A stretch of 64,000 nucleotides of DNA. Source: a virus (Duplodnaviria; Caudoviricetes). How positions within the stretch are numbered: the stretch's first letter is position 1; each line of letters begins with the position of its first letter. The stretch covers positions 32,001-96,000 of the IMG/VR virus record IMGVR_UViG_3300002220_000189. One strand, 5' to 3'. Below, piece after piece: positions 36,132-47,284 of the stretch. The translations under genes were made by a program, and so were the position numbers. The notes under the pieces are model-generated. The model had not been told where the DNA came from, ran no database searches, and saw only the letters and a list, made by a program, of their open reading frames with translations.

Positions 36132-37124
36132 TTATTCCTTTAAAATTTTATTAATCATTTGTTTCATTACTGATTTTTTTAAATGTTCTGGTATTTCTAT
36201 TTTATTAATATATTCAAAAAATATATCTTTATGATCCATTATTTTTATATTTTCTATTTCATCAAAATCAGTAACTTTATCTTCTATTATTGAAATACTT
36301 GAAAAATCAGTATATAATTGTAATGGATTATGAATTCTTATACTTTCAATAATTTTAGTATTTTCATTTATACCATAATCTTTAAGAAATTGTAATTTTA
36401 CAATATTATTTGTTATAATATCACTTTTTATTTCTTGTTCAGAATTTATTATAACATATTGTGGTGCATCAGTAAACGATATAAATTCAATATTATTATC
36501 ATCAAAAATATAATAACCTCTATCACTATTAACATCATTAAAAGACATATGATAAGGTGAACCTAAATATATTATATTATTTTTTTTTGTGGGAATATGA
36601 AAATGACCAGATAAGACTAAATCAAAATTTTTAAAATCGTTTATATTAAAAATTGATTTATTATAAATATGTTTTTCATTAGTATAAAAAGAATTTATTT
36701 CAAAATGACCAAATAAAAACTTACCACCCTTTTTTAATATTTCAGGCGTAAGTTTTTCCCAAGGTACTAAAGTAATATTATCAATAGTACATGTTTCTCT
36801 TATAACAGATACATTTTTATATTCTTTAAAAACATCTAATGAAGTGGGATAAACATCTGTTTTATAATATGAATCATGATTACCTATAATAATAATAACA
36901 TTAAAATTTTTCAGCATTTCCATAATATGTATTGTTACAGAAAGAGTTTTAATATTTAATGTTTTTCTATCATCGAACCAATCACCTAAATGGATGATAG
37001 TTTTAATATTTTTTCTATTACAATTATCTATTATAGATTTAAATAATTTTATTGCTGATTGATGCCATATATCAGAAGATTTATGTATACCTAAATGTGT
37101 ATCACTTATTAATAATTTCTTCAT
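36132..37124 (-). CDS. gp47: Recombination endonuclease subunit (SbcD/Mre11-like)
   Basis: SDTHLG, LGDWFD, GNHD, GHFE, SGHFH, YLGSPY. Confidence 0.92.
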   Translation of the reverse strand: MKKLLISDTHLGIHKSSDIWHQSAIKLFKSIIDNCNRKNIKTIIHLGDWFDDRKTLNIKTLSVTIHIMEMLKNFNVIIIIGNHDSYYKTDVYPTSLDVFKEYKNVSVIRETCTIDNITLVPWEKLTPEILKKGGKFLFGHFEINSFYTNEKHIYNKSIFNINDFKNFDLVLSGHFHIPTKKNNIIYLGSPYHMSFNDVNSDRGYYIFDDNNIEFISFTDAPQYVIINSEQEIKSDIITNNIVKLQFLKDYGINENTKIIESIRIHNPLQLYTDFSSISIIEDKVTDFDEIENIKIMDHKDIFFEYINKIEIPEHLKKSVMKQMINKILKE

Positions 37125-37599
37125 TATTCACAATTTCCTCTTCTACATATAAATCATGCCATCGTTCTTCTTCTACCGGAGCCTTACCAAACGCCGATGA
37201 ATTTAACATTCCTTCATAATCAAGTGATCTGGAAGTATATGTTATTTCATTACTAGATCTAAAATTATCTACAGCATTATAACATACATCTTTAATATAA
37301 CTATGTGTATTTTGTTCTTTTATATATAATTTATAAGAATTTTTACAGATTTGTGTGATGTATGCGAATGCATTTCTAGATTTTTCTGGATTAAAATTTT
37401 TAAGATATTTTATACAGGTTAAAACAGCTTCTCCTACCATATCTTCTCGCCATGTATAACCAACAAAATTACCCTTAAAAGAATAATTATTTGCTAATAC
37501 TAATAACATTTTACCTAATTCTTCTGATACTACACCATTTTCCTTGAATTTTATAACTTCCGTTAGCAAATCTTCATTATTTATATAATTTTTAGCCAA
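37102..37599 (-). CDS. gp55: T4 gp55-like late-transcription sigma factor
   Basis: YINN...NFVGYTWREDMVGEA...NFNPEKSRNAFAYITQI; T4 synteny 55-47-46. Confidence 0.88.
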   Translation of the reverse strand: MAKNYINNEDLLTEVIKFKENGVVSEELGKMLLVLANNYSFKGNFVGYTWREDMVGEAVLTCIKYLKNFNPEKSRNAFAYITQICKNSYKLYIKEQNTHSYIKDVCYNAVDNFRSSNEITYTSRSLDYEGMLNSSAFGKAPVEEERWHDLYVEEEIVNNEEIINK

Positions 37600-37654
37600 A
37601 CTTCATAAATCCTCCTAAGCGTAATGCTCGTTTATTAGTAAATCTCTAATAATT

Positions 37655-37683
37655 ATTATAACTTAAATTGTATTATTTGTAAA
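37655..37683 (-). promoter_or_regulatory. Sigma70-type promoter for the gp55-gp47-gp46 operon
   Basis: TTTACA-17 bp-TATAAT. Confidence 0.75.
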
Positions 37684-37686
37684 TGT

Positions 37687-38049
37687 TTAAACAACGGACT
37701 GGAGTAGATTATTTTCTACTTGTTTTTTATATAAAGATAGAACATCATTAGATTTAAGATGAAGAATTTTTAATTTTTCATAATTTTTTTTCCTTAATTT
37801 AAGTATATTAATATCAGAACCCTCATCAATACAAAAATCAAAAAAATATTTACCCTTATATATATTTTTTAATTCTTTATTAAGTGATGAAGGTAATTTT
37901 AATATTTCTGTAATATTATGTTCTTTAATTATTTTTAATATTATTTCTGAATAAGGGGGTGGCTTATCAACTAACATTAGTGTCAGCATCCTAAATTTAT
38001 TAGTATCTTCGTCAATACCGGAATATGATAAATAATTTAATAATCTCAT
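37687..38049 (-). CDS. Hypothetical protein (MRLLNYL start)
   Basis: 120 aa at the end of the late operon. Confidence 0.55.
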   Translation of the reverse strand: MRLLNYLSYSGIDEDTNKFRMLTLMLVDKPPPYSEIILKIIKEHNITEILKLPSSLNKELKNIYKGKYFFDFCIDEGSDINILKLRKKNYEKLKILHLKSNDVLSLYKKQVENNLLQSVV

Positions 38050-38051
38050 TT

Positions 38052-38852
38052 TTACTCTGTCGGAATTTCAAAAACTAATTCAACAATTAAACCTTTTGGT
38101 GCAGTACTACTAACAGCATCTATATGAATACATAAAATATTACCTGTTGTTATATTATCATAGGCAGCGTCTATAACTCCTGGAGTATCCGATGTTCTTG
38201 TACTTACTTCACCTGATTCAATAGCCATTAATGTTGATAACATTTCATGTGATGTTGTAACATTATATACGCCTATTGTTGTAGATCCTGTTTCGCCGGC
38301 AACCAATGCTGTTGCAGCTACTCTAATTAAATTCATTCCATTAAATTCATCTGGAACAATATAATAATATTTATTTCCAGTAGTAATATCTGTACTCCAT
38401 TCAATAACTGGTAATTCAATAACTCTTTTTACTGCTGATTCCCATCTATATGCCAATTTATTACTTATTAATTTATTCTTTCCTATTACACTATAATCTG
38501 TTTCTAAAACTGGTTCTGGAGAAATACTAAACTCAATATTATCAATATATCCGTCTGATATAACACCAGGTTTTGACCATTTTATTTTAAGTTTGATACC
38601 AGCATATCCATGTCCCGATAAATCACTATCATCAGAAATCCAAAACTCAAAAAAACCATCAGAATTAGTTCTTAATTGTGGATTACCAGTTGATCCAGAT
38701 CTTTCATAATTAATGAATGCTGTTCCACCAATTTCAACATCATATAACCAAACATATGTAGTACTTTCAGACTGCATAACGCTTATAATAGCGGCTTCTA
38801 TTGGTTGCCCTTCTTCATTTAACAAATAATGCCAATAATGTACTCTTGCCAT
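38052..38852 (-). CDS. Putative virion structural protein
   Basis: TATAAATA at 38873-38880, GAGGG RBS, position after baseplate genes. Confidence 0.55.
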   Translation of the reverse strand: MARVHYWHYLLNEEGQPIEAAIISVMQSESTTYVWLYDVEIGGTAFINYERSGSTGNPQLRTNSDGFFEFWISDDSDLSGHGYAGIKLKIKWSKPGVISDGYIDNIEFSISPEPVLETDYSVIGKNKLISNKLAYRWESAVKRVIELPVIEWSTDITTGNKYYYIVPDEFNGMNLIRVAATALVAGETGSTTIGVYNVTTSHEMLSTLMAIESGEVSTRTSDTPGVIDAAYDNITTGNILCIHIDAVSSTAPKGLIVELVFEIPTE

Positions 38853-38886
38853 AATATTTATCCCTCAATTTATATTTATAATTTAA

Positions 38887-41745
38887 TTACATAATTTTAG
38901 CTATTCTATACCAAATAATCAAAGAAATATTTTCTGGCTTATATATAGGACTACAATATGTATAAAATAATATATCACCTGTAATGCTAAATATACCCAT
39001 TTCTGATATATTATAAGATTGATTATCATTTATATCAACTCTTATATAATAATATTCACCATCTTCTTTATATAAAACTGCATTGAATGTTCCAATAGGA
39101 GATTCTATATCATTTTCTACAGCAGGTTTCCAATTTCTACTACCAGCATTTCCTATTTTTAAGTATGATATTGAACTTATAATTTCATCCATTGTTAATA
39201 ATCCAATACCCACTTCTCGTACAACCGCAATACCTGATCTTTCCTCATTAAATAATAATATACAAACATTATTATCGACAATAGTAATAGATGCTGGATA
39301 TATAACATTATCATTATTATCAAATGCCTGAACTTGAATATTATTTGAATTTAATCCATGATATACATACCATTCTTTTGATGCTTCTGATCTTTCATAA
39401 GGAACGACCATTGTATGTTTTGTTAATGATAAAAATCCTGTATCTGCTTCAATAAGACTTGCCGATGCTGAAACAGTCGATGACATTGTAACTGATTGTG
39501 GAATAAAAACTTTTTGAGTTTCATATTTAGCTAATTCTAACACATATTGATAGTTATCGCCAAAATTATGAGTAGCCTCCCATTCACTAGAACTTACTGA
39601 TTGTTCGTGAGTATAATCAGCAACAGAAATAAAAGCATATCCATTTACTGCTACAGAAAAGGTAACAACTATTGAACTATTTGTTGTAAATTCTATAGTA
39701 GATGGATAGATTTGTTTTCTATTTGCATCAAAACATTGAATATTCAAATCTTTTGTCCCAAAATTATGTTTTATAATCCATTTAGATAAATTATTTACCG
39801 AATTAAAAATTAAACTATTAGGAAAAGATACTGCAACTGATCTACAACATTGTGAGTATAAATAACCATATTTTGTTGGAAGTTGATATAATGATTTTGT
39901 TAATCCTGTAAAATCTGTTATTGGTGAAATAATTTCATTATAATGTGCAAATTTACATACCGGTCTCATTTCATTCCAATATGATAATAAATCATCCCAA
40001 AATTCTTTTTTTATAATAGCATCAGAATGTAATGGTTCATTAGATAAATCTATTTCTACTCTATAATGTGGAGTTAAACATCCACCACTTATTTCCGGTG
40101 AATATGTTGGATATAACATAGATGATGTATTACTGAATGTTATTGCTTTACCTTCAGCATTTTCAGTAAAAGTAACTGTATATGACATCGTATCATTGAA
40201 TTTGATACCATCAGGAATTTCTAAATAATCATTATTTACTATTTGAACGAGAGGATACATATCATCTAAATTATGCTCTATATACCATTCTGTACCTGAT
40301 GAATGTGTTGTTACTGTTAAATCATCATCCACAATCATAACCGCAACACCTTCCATAGCTTCTGAAAATGTTAATGTTAAATCATCAGTATTTTCATAAT
40401 ATATTTGATCAGGTATTATTTGTTCATCATTATATATAACCTGAATTATTGGATACTGTTTGCCTAATGCATGGTTTATATTCCATGTTATACTTGGTGT
40501 ATTTTGAATATGAATAAATTCCATAGCAGATAATGGTGCTTCAGTACAAATTGCCTTACCTGAAACAACCTCACCAAATGTTGCTTCTATTAAACTAATA
40601 TCTCTATAAAATATTTTACTAGGAATAATTATATTATCTTGATCATCAACAAATTGGCACAATGGATATTTATTATTAAGATTATGTGTCACATCCCATA
40701 TTAATGATGGCGTATTTATATCTATTACAGATCGTGCAATTTCAGAATAATAATATCCATGACCAGCACCTGTTTCTGGAGGAACTTCATTATAATGTGG
40801 AAATGATGTATAGAGAAAATCTGTAAAATTTTCTAATGGTGTACCTTCTATTTCCCAATTATGCCATCTTTCATATATATTTAATAGATTAGTCGTTCCT
40901 TTTGCTAGAGTATTCCAAATAATATATAATGATGAATATGTTCCTTTTCTTTTTAAATAATATGGTAGATTAGCGACAAATACTCTTTCTGTATCAATGT
41001 CCATACTATGCTTTGTTGATACATTATACATTAATAATAAGTAATATAGATAATTTGACCACATTTCATATGGATCTGATAAACACAATATATTTTTTAG
41101 TGAATTATATATTTCAGAATATTGTTTATCAAAAAAAGTTTCTAAAAATATTTGAAGATTTTCAGTTCTATTATTTACAGGAAGTGTATTTAATGCATAC
41201 TTATAAATATTATTATAATCTATTACAATTTTATTATTATCTAAAGCAAAAAGTTCACCAAAATATAGATATCTCTTGTTAGTATTTACATACTTAACAT
41301 ATTCATCATTATTTTCTATAAATTCATGTAATATTCTATCTATACCAAAATATATTTCAATAGGTGTATTTATTGGATCAGATGAATATTCAATAAGATC
41401 TTCTAAAGTAATTTCAGAACCTCTTATTGCTGTTGCCGGAACGTATTGAAATGTAAATAAAGTACTCTCAAGAAGGCTATTTTCAGAATTTCTTGAAGTT
41501 AAAGAATACGGTACACCTTTAATTCTATAATAAGGATTATATCCTAAACTATCTGATGATGGCCTTGGATTTTTAAGATAAAGATTTACACCGTAACCAC
41601 CTCTTGCACAAATATTAATACCCGAACCAAATATAGACACTCCTCGCAGAGAACCAGTTTTAGCTAGCGAATAATTATATGGTCGTATAGTATTTAAAAA
41701 ATTTTCAATAATAAAATATGGAATATCTGAAAATTTACTAGACAT
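38887..41745 (-). CDS. Large baseplate wedge-like protein with repeated WxIxHNL...YPxVQ beta modules
   Basis: YLKRKGT (gp7/P2-I-like), at least 6 repeats, C-terminal ISEMGIF...PIYKP; follows gp6. Confidence 0.7.
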   Translation of the reverse strand: MSSKFSDIPYFIIENFLNTIRPYNYSLAKTGSLRGVSIFGSGINICARGGYGVNLYLKNPRPSSDSLGYNPYYRIKGVPYSLTSRNSENSLLESTLFTFQYVPATAIRGSEITLEDLIEYSSDPINTPIEIYFGIDRILHEFIENNDEYVKYVNTNKRYLYFGELFALDNNKIVIDYNNIYKYALNTLPVNNRTENLQIFLETFFDKQYSEIYNSLKNILCLSDPYEMWSNYLYYLLLMYNVSTKHSMDIDTERVFVANLPYYLKRKGTYSSLYIIWNTLAKGTTNLLNIYERWHNWEIEGTPLENFTDFLYTSFPHYNEVPPETGAGHGYYYSEIARSVIDINTPSLIWDVTHNLNNKYPLCQFVDDQDNIIIPSKIFYRDISLIEATFGEVVSGKAICTEAPLSAMEFIHIQNTPSITWNINHALGKQYPIIQVIYNDEQIIPDQIYYENTDDLTLTFSEAMEGVAVMIVDDDLTVTTHSSGTEWYIEHNLDDMYPLVQIVNNDYLEIPDGIKFNDTMSYTVTFTENAEGKAITFSNTSSMLYPTYSPEISGGCLTPHYRVEIDLSNEPLHSDAIIKKEFWDDLLSYWNEMRPVCKFAHYNEIISPITDFTGLTKSLYQLPTKYGYLYSQCCRSVAVSFPNSLIFNSVNNLSKWIIKHNFGTKDLNIQCFDANRKQIYPSTIEFTTNSSIVVTFSVAVNGYAFISVADYTHEQSVSSSEWEATHNFGDNYQYVLELAKYETQKVFIPQSVTMSSTVSASASLIEADTGFLSLTKHTMVVPYERSEASKEWYVYHGLNSNNIQVQAFDNNDNVIYPASITIVDNNVCILLFNEERSGIAVVREVGIGLLTMDEIISSISYLKIGNAGSRNWKPAVENDIESPIGTFNAVLYKEDGEYYYIRVDINDNQSYNISEMGIFSITGDILFYTYCSPIYKPENISLIIWYRIAKIM

Positions 41746-43476
41746 TTATAACTCCTGTATAAAAGTACTATCAAATATTGAAACAGCAGGAAATTGATTA
41801 TGCCCTAATTGAATATATCGTAATTTATTATCTCCTGAGTGAGATTCAGAAGTATATACAGGATATTCAGTTGATCCATATTCATTTATAATAACACCGT
41901 TTAAAACATTTATATCTCTTGGTATTAAAGTTTGTATACCTTTAACATATGAAAACGAATCAGTGGTTGAAATATTAGTAGTATCAAGAATATATTCTAT
42001 TATATTAGTAAATGATATAATTTCATTAAATCTCCTATTACTTGTTTCAAAATAATATTTCAATTTATTACTTACATCATTTGCTACGGTTGAAAATGTA
42101 TATGTTCTTTTGATTTTTATACCAAAATCAAAAGAGAAAAATATAATTTCAGGTAAAACAAATTCTTCATATGCACATAGCATTTTTCTTGGTTCTAGAT
42201 ATGTTGATAAATCAACTTTAAAACTATTAGTAAAATTTATAGGGACATATAATCCACTACCAGATGCTGGTATACTATTGGAACCATCTGCTCCTGAAAT
42301 GGTTATTGTTCCAGTTCCCCAATCAACAGGAATAGTTGAAACATAAACTCTATTATATTCTAACATACTACCTGATGGTGCTATTTCTTGCTCTCCCCAT
42401 ACATTAGCAACTTGTATATCAGATTTAGCTTCTAAATGAGTTATATAATCATATTTCGTAACATTTCTATATTGAGAATGTATAGCTCCAGTAGATGCTG
42501 ATTTTATATTAGATAGTGTTTCTGGATTTGAACCGCCAACAGCCGCAGATAAATTTGTTACTGACATATATGTATTATTTATATATGATCGTTTTGTTTG
42601 ATTATATATAAATTCAGTTTCTGGTATTGTAATTAATCCTGATCCTATATTACCATAAGTACCTGCTGATATTAATAAAATAACATTTATAATATCTGTT
42701 CCTAAAGGAACATTTCTAGCTGATGAAAATTCTAAAATATAATTTTTATATTTATTATATCTCATTAAATATAAATTAGATTCATTTTTCAACCCCGATA
42801 ATTCATCATAAAAATCTGATGCTCTATTCCATACTATGTTATTTACACTTAATTCCATAGATGGTGACTGGTCACTTAAATCATCATCATAATCAAAATT
42901 ATATGAAGGTAAATAAATTATATTATCTATAATATTATCTCCTGTAAATGTTCCATTATATACGATTCCCTGTCTTATAGGAACTGAAAAGGTATATGTT
43001 CCTAATGCTGATGTTGGGATAGTTTCTATGGTATCTATTATAGTTGAGAATTGTAATAATGCACCATTTTCATCAACAGATTCATTACCAGTACAGACTA
43101 TTTGTTTCCATGCCCCTAATGAAATAGTATCTCCTGGTGATACCCCATTTGTACCACCAGATAACGTAAGTGTTATAGTAAGATCTGTTGAACTTGAAAT
43201 ATAACCACGTGGATCATAACCTCTAAGTCGTGATAACATATGAACTGTTTCATATATATCAGCAGTTTCCATATATTGATTCTTTGCTATTTGATTTACA
43301 TAATATGTTGTTAACATTCCAAGATAACACATCATTTCCATTAAAACAGATATGTTAGAACCCTCATAATTATAATCTCTAAATGTCGGATTTACTGCAA
43401 GAAGTTCTTGTAATCTAGACTTCATTGTAGAATAATCCATATCTAAATATTGTGGTGTAAGTATATTATCAGCCAT
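41746..43476 (-). CDS. gp6: Baseplate wedge subunit
   Basis: FRDYNYEGSNISVL, LRGYDP, GGSNPET...SQYRNVTKYDY, VWG. Confidence 0.88.
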   Translation of the reverse strand: MADNILTPQYLDMDYSTMKSRLQELLAVNPTFRDYNYEGSNISVLMEMMCYLGMLTTYYVNQIAKNQYMETADIYETVHMLSRLRGYDPRGYISSSTDLTITLTLSGGTNGVSPGDTISLGAWKQIVCTGNESVDENGALLQFSTIIDTIETIPTSALGTYTFSVPIRQGIVYNGTFTGDNIIDNIIYLPSYNFDYDDDLSDQSPSMELSVNNIVWNRASDFYDELSGLKNESNLYLMRYNKYKNYILEFSSARNVPLGTDIINVILLISAGTYGNIGSGLITIPETEFIYNQTKRSYINNTYMSVTNLSAAVGGSNPETLSNIKSASTGAIHSQYRNVTKYDYITHLEAKSDIQVANVWGEQEIAPSGSMLEYNRVYVSTIPVDWGTGTITISGADGSNSIPASGSGLYVPINFTNSFKVDLSTYLEPRKMLCAYEEFVLPEIIFFSFDFGIKIKRTYTFSTVANDVSNKLKYYFETSNRRFNEIISFTNIIEYILDTTNISTTDSFSYVKGIQTLIPRDINVLNGVIINEYGSTEYPVYTSESHSGDNKLRYIQLGHNQFPAVSIFDSTFIQEL

Positions 43477-43488
43477 TATTTAAAGCTC

Positions 43489-43884
43489 CTATGTTTGTTT
43501 AAGGATAAACTTTATGGTTCCTCCACCACCAAGTTCTCCTATTCCTTTTATATGATATGTTATAGTAATTTTATATTGCATATTATCAATATCACCATCT
43601 ATATTTACATTATCTAATATTATTCTTGTTTCCCATGCACCTATTTCATTAATGATAGTATTTCCTAATTTCTTAACAGTATATTCATCCATTGGTTCAA
43701 ATAATATTAAATTTGAATTTGATCCAAATTCTGGCAACATTCTTCTTGAATTTTTAGATGTTGTCAATATATTTGTAATAGAATTCCTAATTGCATTATG
43801 ATCTACATATTTTTTAATATCACCATCAGTTTGCTGATTAAGTTCTATATCTATATCCGAAAATATTGTAAATGTTGATATCAT
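43489..43884 (-). CDS. gp25: Baseplate wedge / sheath initiator
   Basis: AIRNSITNILTT...RRMLPEFGS...LFEP...WETRI. Confidence 0.9.
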   Translation of the reverse strand: MISTFTIFSDIDIELNQQTDGDIKKYVDHNAIRNSITNILTTSKNSRRMLPEFGSNSNLILFEPMDEYTVKKLGNTIINEIGAWETRIILDNVNIDGDIDNMQYKITITYHIKGIGELGGGGTIKFILKQT

Positions 43885-43894
43885 AATTTTTACC

Positions 43895-44575
43895 TTATAT
43901 ATATGGTGTAAATATTGTTATAGAATCTTCATATTTTGTTTTATTAATTTGTGTTAAATTTTTACCAACTGTTAATTTAGAAATCATATCATAAATACCA
44001 TATGTTCCTGATGTATCAATAGTTTTATTCAAATAATCATATGTAAAATTAAAGTCTACAATTTTATTTATTATTATTGTATCAGAATCCCATCCAATTC
44101 CGTTATATTGATATGATAATGTTTTTACAGATTCTAAATTATTAGTAATAATATCACCACTCAATGATATTGTTGTTGTATCATCTGAATAATCTGATGA
44201 AACAACATTACAAATTTTAATACCATCTATTCCACAATTACATAATATATCAGCATCTACTATAAATATTAATGTTTTATCATCATAACAAGAAAATGAT
44301 GTATCACTAATAAAAGTTAAATCATTTAATATTAAATTATCATATATTTTCCAATCTGTTACATTAGAAATTCCAAAATTATCATATATATAAACATAAT
44401 CACCTTTAGCTGGAAGTAATGTTTCAGTAAATTCTGTAGAAATTGTTTCTAATATATTTTCAAAATCATCTGCAATTGATGCCAATTCAGTAATTTGTTC
44501 CTGAATTTTAGCAATAGAAACAGTTGCATTTTCTATTTTTTGTGGCATACTATTTAAAATATTTTGTATACTCAT
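43895..44575 (-). CDS. Hypothetical virion-associated protein
   Basis: Within the baseplate operon. Confidence 0.5.
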   Translation of the reverse strand: MSIQNILNSMPQKIENATVSIAKIQEQITELASIADDFENILETISTEFTETLLPAKGDYVYIYDNFGISNVTDWKIYDNLILNDLTFISDTSFSCYDDKTLIFIVDADILCNCGIDGIKICNVVSSDYSDDTTTISLSGDIITNNLESVKTLSYQYNGIGWDSDTIIINKIVDFNFTYDYLNKTIDTSGTYGIYDMISKLTVGKNLTQINKTKYEDSITIFTPYI

Positions 44576-44871
44576 CCTGCAAATACACTCCCTGAACCTG
44601 TAATAAGTACTCCTTTGAATGATCCATCAAATGAATCTCCTATTCTTGCTACTCCTTTACCATTACAAAAAACACTTCCACTACCTGTAATAATTATTCC
44701 TACATGACCACAAGAACTTAATACAATATCTCCTATTGTTGCTACTCCTTGCCCATTACAAAAAACATTTCCAGAACCTGTAACTATTATTCCTGTTGTA
44801 TTTATAGGCGTTTTATGATCATAACAAGTTCCCGATCCAACATCCCCTATTTTACATAACGATAATCCCAT
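44572..44871 (-). CDS. PAAR-like spike tip protein (gp5.4-like)
   Basis: Repeats TGSGxVFCNGxGVAxIGD with C/H ligands; follows gp5. Confidence 0.85.
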   Translation of the reverse strand: MGLSLCKIGDVGSGTCYDHKTPINTTGIIVTGSGNVFCNGQGVATIGDIVLSSCGHVGIIITGSGSVFCNGKGVARIGDSFDGSFKGVLITGSGSVFAG

Positions 44872-44879
44872 AATAATCC

Positions 44880-45623
44880 TTAATTTATATTTACTGGAGA
44901 GCCTGAAATAGTACATACCCCACTTGCCGTAACATTTACATTCACTCCTTGAACTGTAATGTCGCTAGAACTTGTTATACTAATATTACCAGTAACATTA
45001 ACATTCCAATTACTTTTAAATGTTTCAGTTACATCACCAGTAACATCATCTTTAAATGTACCACCTACTGTTCTTGTTACATTATCTGTTATATTTATAG
45101 TTTCATTTTTAACTCCAGTAATTTGAATATTCCCGTCTTTATCTATTTCACTCAATGTTCCGGTTTTATGGTAAACTTTAATCCTTTCATTACTTGGCGA
45201 TGAATCAATTTCAATATAATGGCCTGCATGTGTTTCCAAAACAATATTATGTGGATATGTAGAAACTTTTGTATTCCAATCACCTTTCGCTGGAACAGTT
45301 GCAAAATATCTCGGTTGTAATATATGACCCGATTCAAAAAACACAAAAACATGTGAATTAACTAAAGGAACACTAAATAAACCCTGTCCGGTAATAGAAC
45401 CTTCTATCAAGCTTAAAACAGGTTCTGCCCAAAGTAATTCATCTGTTGGTATACCATCAGTAGATGTTTTTATTTTGTTTTGTGAATGAACGCCAAATAC
45501 TCGTATTTTACATCTTCCTTGTTGCTCAGGATCAAGATTATCTTCTACAATCCCCCTGAAGATGCCATATAACTTCTCTCTGGGTAAAGTCATATCTGAA
45601 AATTCGTTTTTTAGAATAGACAC
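44880..45623 (-). CDS. gp5: Baseplate spike (gp5 OB-fold + beta-helix, no lysozyme domain)
   Basis: GIVEDNLDP...GRCKIRVFGVH, LLWAEP, YPHN...ETHAGH.IEID, HKTGT, VxG repeats. Confidence 0.88.
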   Translation of the reverse strand: MSILKNEFSDMTLPREKLYGIFRGIVEDNLDPEQQGRCKIRVFGVHSQNKIKTSTDGIPTDELLWAEPVLSLIEGSITGQGLFSVPLVNSHVFVFFESGHILQPRYFATVPAKGDWNTKVSTYPHNIVLETHAGHYIEIDSSPSNERIKVYHKTGTLSEIDKDGNIQITGVKNETINITDNVTRTVGGTFKDDVTGDVTETFKSNWNVNVTGNISITSSSDITVQGVNVNVTASGVCTISGSPVNIN

Positions 45624-45655
45624 TATTATATTTCTCCAATTATTATGCCATTTTT

Positions 45656-46891
45656 CTATTTTTTAGGTACTACAATATTATATAATGTGGCCTTATGTAA
45701 TGCTTTATTATCAGCATCAGTATAACCTGTTTTTATAGCAACTATTAATTGTCTAAAATATGGCTTTGTTTTACTACTGAATTGATGTGTTATAGATTTT
45801 ACAAGGAATTTTCCTTCATATAATTTATGTAATACTTCAGTATCTGAAACACTTTTCCAAGGAATATCTATCATCATTCCAGCATATCTTCTGTCATGTC
45901 CTCTTACCATCATTAAAACTGCAAATTGTTTTGAATATCTTTTTATAAATTCACCATACGCTATATTTTTCAAAATATTAATATCATTATCACCTTCAAG
46001 TGTTATTTGAGAATTTTCACTACTAATATCTTGAAATAATGTTTTTTTACCCATCATTGTATATTTAGATATTATTTCAGAATATGTATATGATAAATCT
46101 AATAAAGATTTGGTTTCAAAATCATATCCTAATTTATGTCCACCACTCAAATAAGATAATGATTGATAATTTATTGGTTCAATACTATAAGATAATATTT
46201 TATTTTCTGAATCAACATTATCAGTATCAGTAAATACATATTTAGCAATGGTAGACTCATCTTTTTCAAATTTAGTATTAGTAAATAATGTTTCAATGGT
46301 AGTACAATTCATTCCTTGTGTATTACTATATAATAAATAACCTGATTTTCCTGATATACTACCGGAAGATCTTTTTAAAAGCCATTTCAACGCTTCTAAT
46401 GGTGTCCAATATGCCATATAAAAATATGGTATAATTTCTTTAGGTTCTTCAAAATTTTTAAATTGTGTTATACTACACATATTTTTACATATATCTTTTA
46501 CAATTACAGATATTTTTTTATCTTTCCATGAAATACTATATTTATGTTGAGTTAATGTAAGATGAATAGGTTCAACAAGATACATTTCAATCATGGTCAT
46601 TGCACTTCCTGTTAAAGAAGAGCCCTGATGAATTTTTTTAAAATCATATATTATAAATGTTTTTGTTGTTTCATTTTCACCATATGTTATAGTTACAACT
46701 TCATTTCCTGTAATGGGTAGTTGTTCTATTGAACCAATCCTATCAAAAAACATTAATTTTCCAACCATACAAACTGAAAATATATCTTCGATCATTTCAA
46801 ATAAATGTATGTCTTCATTCCCAATAGATAAATCACCCAAATCAGGAGAAATAATTTTTACTGTAAATTTTCCTTCTTCAGTATCACGCAT
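45656..46891 (-). CDS. Baseplate hub protein (gp27-like)
   Basis: EDIFS...LPITGNE, WTPL, GKFLVKSITH; position between gp53 and gp5. Confidence 0.6.
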   Translation of the reverse strand: MRDTEEGKFTVKIISPDLGDLSIGNEDIHLFEMIEDIFSVCMVGKLMFFDRIGSIEQLPITGNEVVTITYGENETTKTFIIYDFKKIHQGSSLTGSAMTMIEMYLVEPIHLTLTQHKYSISWKDKKISVIVKDICKNMCSITQFKNFEEPKEIIPYFYMAYWTPLEALKWLLKRSSGSISGKSGYLLYSNTQGMNCTTIETLFTNTKFEKDESTIAKYVFTDTDNVDSENKILSYSIEPINYQSLSYLSGGHKLGYDFETKSLLDLSYTYSEIISKYTMMGKKTLFQDISSENSQITLEGDNDINILKNIAYGEFIKRYSKQFAVLMMVRGHDRRYAGMMIDIPWKSVSDTEVLHKLYEGKFLVKSITHQFSSKTKPYFRQLIVAIKTGYTDADNKALHKATLYNIVVPKK

Positions 46892-46892
46892 C

Positions 46893-47273
46893 TTATTTCT
46901 CCGAAATATCTCTTATTTCTCTTATAATTAAAGGTATAAATGATTCTCTTAAAACTTTTATATTTTGCCCCGGACCTAATTCTTCAAATGGATTTATTAT
47001 ATTATTAGATAGAAATATTATCCACCATAAATTTACATTTTGATATATTGTATATGCTATATTTTCTGAAAATTCATCTTCCTCTGTTTCATATGTAATA
47101 AAATTCATAATATCTAACATAACATCCTCATTGATTGAAAACGATCTAAAAATATTTAAAAAATTATTACCATCATCATCTTGTAAAATATTAAATAATT
47201 TAAGAAACGATACGTTACTTAATCTATGATTAGTTATTTCATAAAAATCTTCGGTTATTCTTTTAGTAGCCAT
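46893..47273 (-). CDS. gp53: Baseplate wedge protein (LysM-like)
   Basis: ENIAYTIY...LWWIIFLSNNIINPF. Confidence 0.8.
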   Translation of the reverse strand: MATKRITEDFYEITNHRLSNVSFLKLFNILQDDDGNNFLNIFRSFSINEDVMLDIMNFITYETEEDEFSENIAYTIYQNVNLWWIIFLSNNIINPFEELGPGQNIKVLRESFIPLIIREIRDISEK

Positions 47274-47284
47274 AATTAATTATC

